Origin: Phoronis australis
Taxonomy: Eukaryota > Animalia > Phoronida
Reading direction: 5' to 3'
NCBI GenBank assembly: GCA_002633005.1
Contig: NMRA01000383.1
Coordinates: forward strand, 198,951-262,950
DNA: 64,000 nt
This document shows, one piece after another, positions 40,401-52,983 of the stretch. Every line of letters starts with the position of its first letter. Positions within the stretch are counted from its first letter, which is position 1. The position numbers and the translations under genes were made by a program. The notes beneath the pieces are model-generated. The model saw only the letters and a list, made by a program, of their open reading frames with translations, did not search any database and was not told where the DNA came from.

Positions 40401-43400
40401 ATTGTTCACACTAGGACAAATTCAGACACATTCTTAGTGTTCAGATAGCTACTGAAAGTTTGATCAATACTGCACATTTTGTTCAATCCAATGGTTGGAC
40501 TTAAAACAGCACTTCAGGATATAACTGAACAAAAGGTGATGACAATTACTTTGTATCTCCTGAGATAAGATAAAGTTGGCCGTCAATCTCCAAACAATCC
40601 ACTAGGTAGTCAACACGGGTCTTACATTCCTGAAACAAACACACATCATTCAACGACTGCAGGGTAAACTCAAGTACAAGGAGGATGACAACATAGTAGA
40701 TTTCAATTGAAATGATAGTTGCCGAAACAAGACTTAAACAACACAGGAATAAAATGAAGAAAGCCCCTGAAATTTCTTACAACATCCACCAAGCAAGACT
40801 TGGGTGAAGGCTTTGTTTTCAACAGCATTTCTCTAACTTAGTACAAGCTTGGATGAGCTTTTTGATGCATCATCTTTTGAATATTCAATCCAAGCCTGAG
40901 GTACCTTAAAGGCAAGTAGCCATTGCTTTGCTTGCTTGAGCAAGATAGACCAAAGTTGAATAAAACTTATCAACATGGAGTTATGAAGCTGTGGAGTTTG
41001 AGATTTCAGCCTTTGCAAACTAGCTTCCAAGGAAAGGATGATGGAAAACAAAACAAAACAATGGTCATGCTAGCAAGCTATTATACTTTCTATAGTTACA
41101 TAGGCACACGTAGCTTTGGTATTGTTGCACCACGATCTGTTGCTTAATATAACAACAATAAAAGAAATCACGTTCCAACTGGCTTTAATAGTGCGAATAC
41201 AAGCAGCCTTACACTAACCTTATATTGGTCTCTGATGTCTGTTCGCGATATCAGTTGATCACCTTCCACAGAGTCCCATATGTGAAACGTCTCAATGTGC
41301 GTCAGACAGTATATATGGCTGTAATCATTACTGCACCAACCCAGTTGGCTCTGAAGGGCATAACACAGTAGTCAACTAGAAGTCACATTAAACTAATATC
41401 GTTCTTCAAGTACCAGCCACTCCAAACCTAATGACACCAAAAAAATTCGGAGAGTGACATCTTTGGCAATGTCGTCATATTTCAAATGCATTGTGAGATG
41501 GTTGTCAGCTCATAAAGATACAGTGATATTACAGTTAACTTGTTGACGTGTAAACAATATGATGAAAACAACACGTCCTCACCAGCAACATGGTTTTTAG
41601 TGCAATGAGTATAACTAAGCCAGGGATATACCGAGGTGTCAAACATCCCGTTGTCAGCTGGGTGACTGAATCATAAAATCATGTTGCCCAGCCTTAAGTT
41701 TGCCCAATTTTTAATAGCGTATTATTCAGGACTTAGAAGTCCTGTTATGTGCTGGCACAGCCAACAAACCGAAGGTCGCAAAGAATTGATCATGGCCAGA
41801 TATCACCAGCTATTCAGTCATATAGTGAAAATTACTATGGGGTACCATGCAAAGAGAATGCGCTTCCAAGAAATTGCCAGCAACACAAACGATAGATCGA
41901 TCATGATCTAGGCAGAACACACTGATCTAAATTGTCAAACCTTTCGAGGTCGATAGATCCCCAAAGTGGCTGAGGGCAGGGCACAGTGTATATGCAAAAT
42001 AACCCTTGAGCTAGTTTGAGTAATGTAGGTGGGAAAAGTTGTGCATTTTCTTCAATCACTCAAACGCTGTGTGAACTCACTACACGACAGTGTAACATAC
42101 TTGGTGAATTTCATTTTGCCAAGTAATGAATTGTGTCAGTAAAAATGAAGGATAGGTTAGTTTTAGCTACAACTGGATGTACAACCTTGATAAAACTGGG
42201 TTGTGCCTGATGACGTTATCTGAAATTGACTTTTTAATCTTAACAAGCAACTCGCAACAGTTGTTGGACATTGTAAGCACAGTACAACATTGACTCCACC
42301 TACCACTGACGACTCTGAGTTTAATGTATACTCCAAGGCATCATCTTCGCATGATTGGCTGATGTCAAGAATTGAAACAAGACCATCTGTTGAACCAGTG
42401 GCCAGACGGTCAGAGTTGGTGGGATGAAAGATAACCTGCACAAAGACAGAACCTCGATTTCTCTGTGCTCTACAGATCTCATACATTACTCCACACTCAA
42501 GGATTCAATAGCAGAAAAAGACAACTCATTTGCATTAGGTAATTAAATCACCATATTACAAATCTGCAATGTGACGACGCTAGTTTTGTCAAAGATGTTT
42601 TACACACGTGTGAATTATTTAAAGCTTACTTGTGTTATATCATTCATATGACATTCTGAGTAACATCCAAGAAGATTGGCTTTCCTCCTGTCCCTGCAAA
42701 ATAGAAATAGCTCTATCACAATTGGGCCAATACACCAAAAATTCTATTAAAGGCTTAGACACCAAGTGGCAGGCATAAAGACTAACTGCTGGTAAAGCAT
42801 TAACTTGGCTTGGAATGGTATACATACTTAGACATCAGCACCCAGTTGCAAGAAACAGCCTCAAAAAGGGACTCGACTATTCATTTCCCTAAACCTTTGC
42901 AGACTTGTGTCTGTTTACTCACAAATGTTATGTTTGTCTATCACCTTAACTTTTAAATATGAACTCACTTGCTCAAGATGTGTAATTATCTAAAACCTAA
43001 GCACCATTTCAGTGAATATAAATATGAACTTAATCAGTTTATTATCACTAAGTATCAAATCAGTTTACTCTCACTGAGTATCAAATCAGTTTACTCTCAC
43101 TGAGTATCAAAGCTAAAATTGACTTTTTACAGTTTCCTTATCAAGAGCTTCGGGGGCCTGTTTCATAAATTTAAAATGTAACTGTATGTCTTTCACAGAA
43201 TTCTTTTTTTAGACTCTGGGTAAAAAACATAGTAAAGTTACGACATTTTAGTGAAATGGGCCCCAGATGGCAGTAGGTGCAATTAAATACTAACAACTTG
43301 ATAATGATATAAAGATATACAAACAAAACTTTATTATTTCTCAAAGCTGAACTGATGAAACAACAGAATGAACATCAATTTAGTCTCGAACAGCTCTTAC

Positions 43401-46400
43401 AAACAATAGAGTTAGTAACCAATACCAGAACAAGAGATAGACGTCTTCCTTCGCTGCCTCTGTGCCAGCACACACTGCCATGTCATTACAGCTGATGTCA
43501 AAACTTGACAACGGCAGTTTGGCTGAATCAGCACCTACATGTAATGAGAAATGTTCACTGATGCCTTCATCACTGCAGAATGCTTTCAAAGAAAAAAGCA
43601 ACAAAACTTATACAGTTTCAGAGGAATACTTTATCAAAATGGTTCCAGACAAATTAAAGTTCATTGAATATTAGAGAGTCATGCCACATTTAAAATGTTG
43701 AGGTAAGATATAAGTAAAACTTTCAACATACCATGGAAAATCTGAACGGGTGTTTTGGAAAATGTCCTCAGATCCCACGACCTGCAATAAAGGCAAATGT
43801 GAGAGGTTTTCATTAACACGAATCCCCAGTGAGCCCTAGTCTTCCACTGATCACATTTCAATGCTATTCAACTCATTCTTCAGCCACTTTGCACAGGCAC
43901 ACTACAAGCACAGGCACACTACAAGCACAGACACACTACATGCACAGGCACAATACAAGCACAGGCACACTACATGCACAGACATACTACATGCACAGGC
44001 ACACTACATGCACAGACACACTACATGCACAGGCACACTACAAGCACAGGCACACTACAAGCACAGACACACTACATGCACAGGCACACTACAAGCACAG
44101 GCACACTACAAGCACAGACACACTACATGCACAGGCACACTACAAGCACAGGCACACTACAAGCACAGACACACTACAAGCACAGGCACACTACAAGCAC
44201 AGGCACACTACAAGCACAGACACACTACAAGGCAAACACTACCAACTGTTCATTTGGTTAGCATCAAAAACTCCTGAAAAGAAAGTCACTTTGACAAAAT
44301 AACAATTCCATACTTCACACATGCCAAGGTGTTGAAGTAAAAGATGAGTTTTCATTCCCACTGGTTCACACTAGTTACTGCAACAAACAGCAGATAATTA
44401 CAGGGAGCAGGAAATCACAAAACAAACAAGTTTGTATCAAATCACAAAGGAAAATATTTGTGAAATTAGATGTGCACATGTAAGTCAAAAGTGCATCAAA
44501 GAAAAATGGCGTGGTGTTCATAACCAAATTGAAAGTGTAGGTGCTCAAAATCTCCTTTCCAACAAAGATGTTTTCGCTGGACTTCTGGAAAAATTTTAAG
44601 GCACTGGTGAGTTTTCGACAGAGGGGGAATGTCTAGAAATGACAATACATCAGGTGGAATTTTTCACCTGAACTGGGACAATTGGCAAGTATGCAATTGC
44701 CCACAGTGGCTAACTTTCAAAGAGAATGCTCTCGTCATTTATCAGTATGCAAAAACTTCATCAATAATCAACCCTCACCAACAGCCACTCAGAGGACACT
44801 AAAACGTAGAGATACAGGGCTTAATATCACCTCAAATTACTGGAAGTACCTGACAGTTTTATCTAAAGATGATGAGTACAATATATTCCTGTCTGTTGGA
44901 CTAAACCGGACACCTGTGATGACATCTTCATGCCCTGAAATGAAGATGAAAATAAAATGCATTTTAATTCAACTTATAAATTTGAGGGAGGACTACAAGC
45001 TCACTTTGATCATTTACTGCCAAGACTATCTCACCATGTCAATAGAAGTTCATGATTACCGTACTCCCATGGGATAACGTCCAAGGTGTAAAAATTGAGA
45101 AATTCAACAATGGGTGTTGAGTCAACCATGACTGATTAACAACAAAATCATCAAGTTTTGCCACATGGTTGATCCACTCATGCTAATGACATTTTTACAC
45201 ACAAGTACTAAAATTGTATGAGCCAAGACAGAGTGGATATTTTCAAGTATGACAAGGTGTCGTTGACCATTAACAAAAGGTAGTTAACATTCTCCTCAGA
45301 TGGGCATTCACAAGGCTGCGTTTACAAGTGCCAATCACCAAAACGCTTTAAAATCGTAATTTGTTGGTGGATTATTATGAAACTTTCAGGGTAAATTTTA
45401 TTCATGTTGTTTTTCGACAATCTAAAATTATGACATCATATGTTTAAGCAGGTATTTGCCTGGAAGACGATTCAAGATTTCAGTCAACGAAGGGTTTTGA
45501 AGACATTCCTACACCACAGGCTCGGACACATACCTCACCTCGTGCCTGACATTTCAAACACATATCCTGAATCAGAACGGTTTGGAATCTGAGTCAATTA
45601 AACCTCAATGATAAACCATTAAGTGGTCATTGCACTAATCTTAATTCAAAAGTGAAGCGATAGACCAAAATTTCTTTACAAAAGCCAATATTGTTATTTG
45701 TCAATGAAATTGAGTTAAAAACAGAAAGAACACCCAACTCACTGATCAGTACATATGGCAGTGAAAGAGTAGTACGTCTCAGTCCCATAAATTGGCTGAC
45801 AGGCGCTTAGCCGAGCATAGGTGTTTAAAAGTGAAAATTTGGAAATTTCAGGGTGAGCGTTAACTCAGACGATTAGGCAATATACTTCCCAGACAAACAT
45901 AGCGCTCAATCCTAGAATTTACAACTCAAAACAAAGAAACGGTAAAAATTTTCCTCTTTGATTGGGACAGTGAAAAAGCATTTTGCTCAAAGTACCAAAG
46001 TTTGGAAATATGCAAAATTTGCTATCCCAAATTAAAGAATTATGAGAGACAAATTTTGCTATGGCAGCTATTTTTGACGATTTTATCTCAGATTTTGTTA
46101 ATACAAAATGCAGTGTCCGATATCTGAGAAATATGATGAATCCCAAAATTAACCATGTCCCAACCTTCAGAATCAAGAAATTCAATTTAGGCTCGAATTT
46201 TAGAGGTTGTCCCAAATTGTAGAATTTTTACAGTAACTACTACTTTTACTTTGGAGGTGTATGGACTATTCGATGAACTGTATATCAAATGCAACTGCAT
46301 TCCCAGATAACTGATCGGAGAAAGACATTTAAGTCTGCTGGAGTTGGTTGTCAGGGTATGACATCATTGGGCATGAATGCATTACTGGCCAGACCCAGAG

Positions 46401-47456
46401 CTTTGAATTAAAATTACAAAACAACTTCATACAGAGTAATATTTTGAAATTAATGGTCAACCTTTTCTCTTCAACAGATAATACTAGTCAGGAATCTCCT
46501 ACACACCCCTTATGTCGTTATCAATAACAAAAAAATTCTGATCTTAGTAAAGCAATAACATAATGGACCGAAATCATACCAAAAATGAAAATCTGATCAA
46601 TCTTTTTCGCAAAACTACAGCACAAGCTTTCAGAAAGTTTTTTGAAATATTAACTAAATTGCAAAAAACCCACGAACTAAGTCAACCGCCTTAACGGAGC
46701 GTCTACAGTGTTCAAGCTTTACCTTGGATACTGCCACAGCTAGCCAAGTTTTCCTTAGAGTAGATACGTATTCTGTAGTTGGAACTAGAAGCAGCTAGAT
46801 AAGTGCTTCCACTGTCCAGAGCACTAGAAGACAAAACAGCAGCAAAAATGAAGAATAATCAAGAACTTTTGTTTTATCACATTTGAACAATAATAATACA
46901 ATATGATAAAATCTCGAAAATTACAGGACGAAACACATTTAAGTTGCAACAATTACTTCAAGGTTCAACTCAGTCTCTCTCATTTTTGCAAGCTTGGAGA
47001 CTTTACCTCAGCACTAGTGTCACACTCCCTCACCCNCACCAAATTTCAGAGTAAGAAGTTGTGCTTGGTTATGTAATTAGTTTTACAATGGGCCAGAATA
47101 TACAAACTCAATTATCAAGCTAGTATGGGCATATTGCCTTTGTGTGGACATCTTGCAGCACATCACTACAATGCAGTACAACAACCAACTCACTTCCACA
47201 GACCACTGCAGCCATTCCAGTGTAGAAAGTTGTGTTCCGTAGGTTTTTGCTACAACTCACTTTCTTACAATGTTAAGTGGTCTAACCTATTTTTGACAAA
47301 AATCAGGTAACTAAAACACCTTTTAATTAACAAACCATACCATTTTTGCATGTCTAGGTGGAGTATGTAGTCAGGCTCTGTCTCCTCTAGTGAAATGGCT
47401 GATTTTTCTGTCAACCTCAAATTAGACAATCCTCCTACCACGGTATCCATGCTCAT
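37361..47456 (-). CDS. WDR89: WD repeat-containing protein 89, complete spliced CDS (12 exons, 1122 nt, 373 aa)
   Basis: Exons 47456-47341, 46823-46723, 44934-44850, 43781-43732, 43534-43426, 42693-42630, 42435-42304, 41350-41219, 40629-40550, 39334-39226, 38049-37969, 37423-37361; all introns GT-AG with matching phases. Motifs: GHEDVITGVRFSP, SLDKTVRSWDLR, SFDISCND..CAGTE, LLFWDRR..LLGCYSECHMNDITQVIFHP..LATGSTDGLV, CEDDAL, IYCLTHIETFHIWD, GGHKDVVR, LITGGEDS. Confidence 0.93.
37969..38049 (-). CDS. WDR89: WDR89 coding exon 11
   Basis: KHNLITGGEDSMICLWSPEQGSLELKL; GTGAGT donor. Confidence 0.92.
39226..39334 (-). CDS. WDR89: WDR89 coding exon 10
   Basis: GQVHLMPVDDDGQLEVACTLSGGHKDVVRCAYWDGQ; GTATGT donor. 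Confidence 0.92.
40125..40299. mobile_element. Solo right end of a CAGTGGCGGATC-type hAT-like element
   Basis: Ends CTAGATCCGCCACTG, with a subterminal layout like 54200-54399. No matching left end found. Confidence 0.6.
40550..40629 (-). CDS. WDR89: WDR89 coding exon 9
   Basis: ECKTRVDYLVDCLEIDGQLYLISGDT. Confidence 0.88.
41219..41350 (-). CDS. WDR89: WDR89 coding exon 8
   Basis: SQLGWCSNDYSHIYCLTHIETFHIWDSVEGDQLISRTDIRDQYK. Confidence 0.9.
42304..42435 (-). CDS. WDR89: WDR89 coding exon 7
   Basis: VIFHPTNSDRLATGSTDGLVSILDISQSCEDDALEYTLNSESSV. Confidence 0.93.
42630..42693 (-). CDS. WDR89: WDR89 coding exon 6
   Basis: WDRRKANLLGCYSECHMNDITQ; GTAAGC donor. Confidence 0.92.
43049..43112. 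repeat. 26-bp tandem repeat
   Basis: TGAGTATCAAATCAGTTTACTCTCAC x2-3. Confidence 0.85.
43154..43263. mobile_element. 110-bp Harbinger-like mini-MITE
   Basis: GGGCCTGTTTCA ... TGAAATGGGCCC with CGG/CAG flanks. Confidence 0.6.
43426..43534 (-). CDS. WDR89: WDR89 coding exon 5
   Basis: ADSAKLPLSSFDISCNDMAVCAGTEAAKEDVYLLF; an alternative in-frame acceptor would start the exon at 43582. Confidence 0.85.
43732..43781 (-). CDS. WDR89: WDR89 coding exon 4
   Basis: RSWDLRTFSKTPVQIFH; CAG acceptor, GTATG donor. Confidence 0.9.
43891..44232. repeat. 17-bp minisatellite, ~20 copies
   Basis: Unit GCACAGRCACACTACAW; causes three overlapping spurious ORFs. Confidence 0.97.
44850..44934 (-). CDS. WDR89: WDR89 coding exon 3
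   Basis: GHEDVITGVRFSPTDRNILYSSSLDKTV. Confidence 0.9.
45323..46690. mobile_element. Probable degenerate TTAA/GG..CC TIR element in a WDR89 intron, with a nested fragment ending ...TTTTACAGTA (~45918-46235)
   Basis: Left AAGGCTGCGTTTAC versus right GTCAACCGCC|TTAA; the TIR match is imperfect. Confidence 0.4.
46723..46823 (-). CDS. WDR89: WDR89 coding exon 2
   Basis: ALDSGSTYLAASSSNYRIRIYSKENLASCGSIQ; TAG acceptor, GTAAAG donor. Confidence 0.85.
47341..47456 (-). CDS. WDR89: WDR89 coding exon 1
   Basis: MSMDTVVGGLSNLRLTEKSAISLEETEPDYILHLDMQK; donor GTATGG. Confidence 0.8.
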
Positions 47457-48876
47457 CTTCTCCAAAGATCAACTGACAGTGACACCTTGTAATATTTCTT
47501 GAAAAGTCAAAAAACAATGTATTTAAATACACTGTCCCAATTTCATTGGGTGCAACAGCAATAAGACAGAAGTTAGAATGCGATCAACCTGATTTCATCT
47601 CTTGACGAATAGAATGAAAATTAATGAATTCACAGGTGGCTCAGACATCAACAGTAGGATGAGCAAAGCAACATGACCAAAAATTAGGCAAGTACTGAAT
47701 TATACCATTTTTGGCCCATATTAACACACATATGGCATCATATCCCTTGGCACATGCACTGGAAAAATGACCGTGACGATTTGAGCAACTCAACAAAGGA
47801 CTGTTCGGAAATTAAGTTTGATTGTGGGAGTATGTTTTTTTGAGCTGGGAAGAATTAAAGACATCAATGGCCTCCTAAGGTCTCTTTCTCTGCGCAAAAG
47901 GTACATACAGCAACATGACATTGATGATTTAATCAGTGAGTGTCAGTGTCAGGCATAATTCATCAATAACCTTCCAGCATACGGAGGGCCTAGGGGATGA
48001 CTACCGTTTCTACTGCAGCCAGTTCAGACAGCAGTATTACCTATGCTTGAGAGTGAGACATCACTGACACACTGGAAACAGACAGAACTGATAAGACAAG
48101 ACTAGTGTCGTTGTTTCGACATCCTCAGCTTCTGATCGTCCCCAATACACTATATATAATACTACAAGGTATGACACTTAGGACTAGAAATTCCACGGGT
48201 GCTTCACTTCAGCCGTCCATAGCAAACGCAAAACTAAATAAATTTACACAAAACAGACGTTCAACAAACCATGAGGAATTGTTCTTTCTCCCAATACCAT
48301 TTACGGTGTCCTGCTTCACCGAGTTCGCAAGAAATTTGTCACGATTTCATAACGTCTGTTTTGTGTATGTTTGCCTGGCCTCCTCCAAACCCACGTCAAA
48401 ATGTAATACTCTAGTAGCAATTAAGGGTAGCATGCATGTATCATGGTACTGCAGGGTTTATTTTGAGAACTCCACTAGAAATGCATGCGTCCTATACCCT
48501 TTTGCAGCTACAAGTCCGGGGAGTCTCCCTAACGAGAACCTTTTCCATTAGGTGACTGCTGTCCTGCCCTGGGGGGTGGGTTGGGATCCTGCTAGGTTTT
48601 CTTTTTATGATTTACTTCATGTGTTTGGGATGTGCTGACATTCTGAATTCTTTTTCTAATTTTTGGTACTTCTACATTTAACCTGTGTGCGTTATTCTTT
48701 GCTTCTAGGGGAACTGTCCTTGTCATTCTAACACTCTTAGTCTACTTAGCAGTGGCTTTATTTTCGGTACGGGGGGATAAGGTTAAATTTTTTGGGAAGT
48801 TTTTCATATCTGGCGAATATGTTGATTCCCAGGTGGGCCCCACACTTTTTTAGGGAGGAGGGGAATGTTGTAATCG

Positions 48877-49353
48877 TCAACATCATTCGTCCTTTATCTT
48901 TCTGTGGTGTTTTTTGATTTGTCAGTTTTATGGTTCCACGGATGTATCTTTTATTGATACTGCTGGCGGGAAGACGCTTTGACAACAAGCAATCAGGCAG
49001 TCGGGGATGGGCACCTGGATTGGGTTTTACTGAAGCTTGAGTAGCTGTGTATGCTGTGTTTTAACTGGTGAGTACTTCTAGAGGCCTAGTAGTGAACCTG
49101 CAGTAATACAACATAATTATCAACATCATTCGTCCTTTATATTTCTGTGGTTTCTAGTAATTTGTCAGTTTTATGGTTCCCCGGATGTTTGTTTTATTTA
49201 TACTGCTAGCGGGAAGCTGCTGGCAGACTTTCAGCAAGCAATCAGGCTGTACGGAATGGTTACCTGGATTGGGTTTTAATGAAGCTTGAGTAGCTGTGTT
49301 TTAACTGGTGAGTACTTCTAGAGGCCTAGCTAGTGAACCTGCAGTAATACAAC
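48877..49353. repeat. ~244-bp tandem duplication
   Basis: CAACATCATTCGTCCTTTAT ... GAACCTGCAGTAATACAACA starting at 48877 and 49121. Confidence 0.9.
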
Positions 49354-49583
49354 AAGGCAGAAAACCGCAAAACCTATTTCAGAAATTCAAAAGGTAATTG
49401 AAGAACCTCTCATTTTCATGCACGATACATTACATAGACTAGTTGTAGTAAATGTCGACGTCAGTCTCGGAACCATAAAACTGACAAATCACAATAAATA
49501 CTACAATTGGCGTAGCCGACAATTAATACTACATAGTGTATGACAGGTTTGTTCTAAAGATCGAGATAAACTGTGGTAGCTCA

Positions 49584-49640
49584 CCCAATACTGCAACAAC
49601 AACAACCTTCTCATCCTGAACACGCTGCTTCCGGAAAGAT
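49584..49640 (-). promoter_or_regulatory. Candidate WDR89 first non-coding exon / promoter
   Basis: Minus-strand GTGAG donor near 49583 and an ETS-like CCGGAAG at ~49627-49636. A further donor near 48040 and an acceptor near 47498 upstream of the ATG. Confidence 0.3.
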
Positions 49641-49737
49641 TGCACTGCCACCTACCACGAGTTACCAGAATCATAGAACTCTTTTCCTGACTTGATAAAG
49701 ACTAAAATTGAGGGGCTCACTCTGACGTCCCTGGTAC

Positions 49738-49906
49738 CAGTGGCGGATTTAGAGGGGGGCCAAGGGGGCCATGCCCCCCCCCCTAAAATTCTCCCAGATT
49801 CCATTAGGCAGTTCGGGGATGCGAATGTCTGATGGGCAAAATACTGGCTAATATTCTGCCATATGCGGCATATGCCCCCCAACTCAAAATTCTGGATCCG
49901 CCTTTG
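49738..49906. mobile_element. 169-bp hAT-like MITE
   Basis: GGTAC|CAGTGGCGGAT ... ATCCGCCTTTG|GATAC. Confidence 0.7.
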
Positions 49907-50769
49907 GATACCGTGTGAAGCCAATCGGAAAAGCCTTGAAAGGGACAAACTAGAATCATCACCATTTTGAGAAACATATACGTGCATGCTATTCACTTAT
50001 TTGTAGGCCTACAGTTGCTTGTGCAATTGAACAACTTTTTTAAAAGTTGTTTTAAAAAGCCTATAAGTCCAATTGGCCTCATTTTCAGTCCTCATTAATT
50101 ACTAAGACGGGAGACGGCTTAAAATCGAGTTAATCTCATTATTTTCCAACCTGTAATGTATGTAATTTAAATAATTGTTGGAGTTAACCTGCCTTGTGAC
50201 TGAATTCTGCACTCAAATTTGGTCCGATCTTACTTATGCATGAGTTGTTGCAAAGAAATCAGTAAAATCAGGAAGACTCTTCCTGGTAAAATGCATTTCA
50301 CTCTAAAAGTTCTAACTTTGATTACAACATAAACATGTTCTTCTTCAAGTGGTGTCCACGTTGCTCAGTCACCAAGCATTAGTGGTACTTTGTTCGGTAT
50401 TTGGCGGGATAACAGACTGCCTTTCCGGCCCTCTGGCATCTCATACCGGAGACAGAATATGAATAGTGAACGTGACATTACCATGATTAGAACAAAGACC
50501 GTATAATTATGAGTTCGAAAACTTCAATCCCTTGTAATACCCTTCGCCGGGGGGAATAAAACAGCGTAACACACTTTGCTTTACAACCGGCATTGTTGAG
50601 TACTGCATGGGCATGAGAAGAGGTTCTTAAAAACAAACCTAAAAGCTTTGTATTGGATTTTTTTCTGTTTTCTACTGCGTTGCACATATGTGCCAAACTT
50701 GCGGACAATGACACTGACCTGATAACTACCATGACGGCAAACTATAGGTTTCACTGAACTGGTGGTCTG

Positions 50770-51676
50770 ACAAGCTGTTTTACATGTAGAAGAATTAAAG
50801 GTTTTGTTGGAGCTGCTGAGTACATGTCAAATGAAATAAATTGCTTTTCATTGTCGTTAATTATAACTATGCTGTGTGGAGGCCAGCGCAATTAACATTT
50901 AAAAAGAAACTCTTTCATGTTTTGAGACGCAAATTGAATAGGTTCTGACTGTATTCTGGGGATTCAGCACTGATGAAGTTGCCAACAATCAGTCATTCCA
51001 AGTATAGGCCCTGACGAAAATTTTGACACTGTGAATTTTTTAAAAACGTACGTCGTTGTCCGGGTGGTCACGGCGGCGCAACACTGAGGTTTAAGTTCGC
51101 GTGGTCAAAGCCAAGAAAATGTAATCATGTGTTTATGAACCGTGAAAAGCACGAGAAACGATTGTAGACGTCAAAAATGTGGACTGGACAAGCGATCTCT
51201 GAAAAAAATTGAAAGAACTTATGAAATATTCAGATTCCGAGAGTGTGGTGACGTCTTAGTGCACTGGCCGCGGAGGGCCGCCCGTTGACAATGAGACCGC
51301 GGGACCAAGTAAACCTGCAAACAAAACTACAGTGTATTGAGCCGTAAAAATTGGTTGATAACTTTCTAGAGACATGTGTAGAAGAGTAAAGGTTTTGTTG
51401 GAGATGCTGGGTACATCATTTTGTCAAATAAAATTGATTACTTTTCATTGGAGTCAAGTAGGCGTCCAGACCTCCCGGTGGTAGCCAAACTGAGCTTGAT
51501 GGCGTCACAGCGCACTCGGTCCCGCCAGTGACGAGCCCGGCGGACCAAGTAAACCTGCATGCAAAACTACAGTGCACTTAGTCGTAAAAAGTAACTCTGT
51601 AGAGACATGTAGAAGGGATAATCGTTTCTTTTGGAGGTGCTGAGTACATGTAAAATGAAATTGATTGCATTTTATT
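50770..51676. repeat. Degenerate ~240-bp tandem array that continues beyond the hAT insertion (54400-54900)
   Basis: Recurrent GGACCAAGTAAACCTGCA...ACATGTAGAAG...TTGGAG.TGCTG.GTACAT. GTGAAAAGCACGA occurs at ~51142 and ~54706. Confidence 0.7.
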
Positions 51677-51824
51677 CAGTGGCGGATCTACGGGGGGGTT
51701 AAGGGGGTTTAAACCCCCCCTCGGGCCAGGACCCAAAAATTAAAAAAAAAAAAACGTCTCCAGCAAAACAAAAACGTCACCGCCAGCGTGTGTAAACCCC
51801 TAGTAAACCAACTTGGAAAAAATG

Positions 51825-52554
51825 NNNNNNNNNNNNNNNNNNNNNNNNNNNNNNNNNNNNNNNNNNNNNNNNNNNNNNNNNNNNNNNNNNNNNNNNNNNN
51901 NNNNNNNNNNNNNNNNNNNNNNNNNNNNNNNNNNNNNNNNNNNNNNNNNNNNNNNNNNNNNNNNNNNNNNNNNNNNNNNNNNNNNNNNNNNNNNNNNNNN
52001 NNNNNNNNNNNNNNNNNNNNNNNNNNNNNNNNNNNNNNNNNNNNNNNNNNNNNNNNNNNNNNNNNNNNNNNNNNNNNNNNNNNNNNNNNNNNNNNNNNNN
52101 NNNNNNNNNNNNNNNNNNNNNNNNNNNNNNNNNNNNNNNNNNNNNNNNNNNNNNNNNNNNNNNNNNNNNNNNNNNNNNNNNNNNNNNNNNNNNNNNNNNN
52201 NNNNNNNNNNNNNNNNNNNNNNNNNNNNNNNNNNNNNNNNNNNNNNNNNNNNNNNNNNNNNNNNNNNNNNNNNNNNNNNNNNNNNNNNNNNNNNNNNNNN
52301 NNNNNNNNNNNNNNNNNNNNNNNNNNNNNNNNNNNNNNNNNNNNNNNNNNNNNNNNNNNNNNNNNNNNNNNNNNNNNNNNNNNNNNNNNNNNNNNNNNNN
52401 NNNNNNNNNNNNNNNNNNNNNNNNNNNNNNNNNNNNNNNNNNNNNNNNNNNNNNNNNNNNNNNNNNNNNNNNNNNNNNNNNNNNNNNNNNNNNNNNNNNN
52501 NNNNNNNNNNNNNNNNNNNNNNNNNNNNNNNNNNNNNNNNNNNNNNNNNNNNNA
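51825..52554. other. Assembly gap (N run)
   Basis: 730 N characters. Confidence 1.
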
Positions 52555-52983
52555 CGAAACGCCCATGCCCATTGGCATTTATTTGATGTTAGTACTTCGG
52601 GTTTCAAGCGTTCAAACATTGGGACGTTTATTTCGAAAATTGCAAGAGATGCAAATGGGTCCTGGGATACATCGTCAAGGTTTGAAGTAGTCCATGATGA
52701 ACGGAACAAATTTAGTTGCGCATGCTGTAAGTCTTTTGAATGGACTTGGTAACCTCAGGGGGCTTAATGCCAACTGAGCTGCGAAACGAGATGCTGCATT
52801 GTAGAGGTGGACAAGCTCATTGACACAACAGTTGATGAAGTGCAAGCGTTGGGAACTAACGTCGAAGATGTCTGGGTAGAAAGGTTCTAAGACAAGCAAA
52901 CCATTGGATCCGATATACTGATTCCTCGGCAGTCTAGGCAGCAGGTAGATTGGACCAACGTTCCTGGAGAAACATCCACGTAA
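52555..52983 (+). pseudogene. Decayed hAT transposase fragment (THAP12/PRKRIR-like)
   Basis: Frameshifted and stopped translation ...SKIARDANGSWDTSSRFE...CIVEVDKLIDTTVDEVQALGTNVEDVWVERF*...LIPRQSRQQVDWTNVPGETST resembles the PRxxxRQxHRxNVP motif of this transposase clade. Confidence 0.6.

Noticed and set aside
43829-44302. His/Thr-rich ORFs in three frames
   Set aside because: Produced by a 17-bp minisatellite antisense within a WDR89 intron.
51709-52709. 257-310 aa ORFs
   Set aside because: Open only because they span the N gap.
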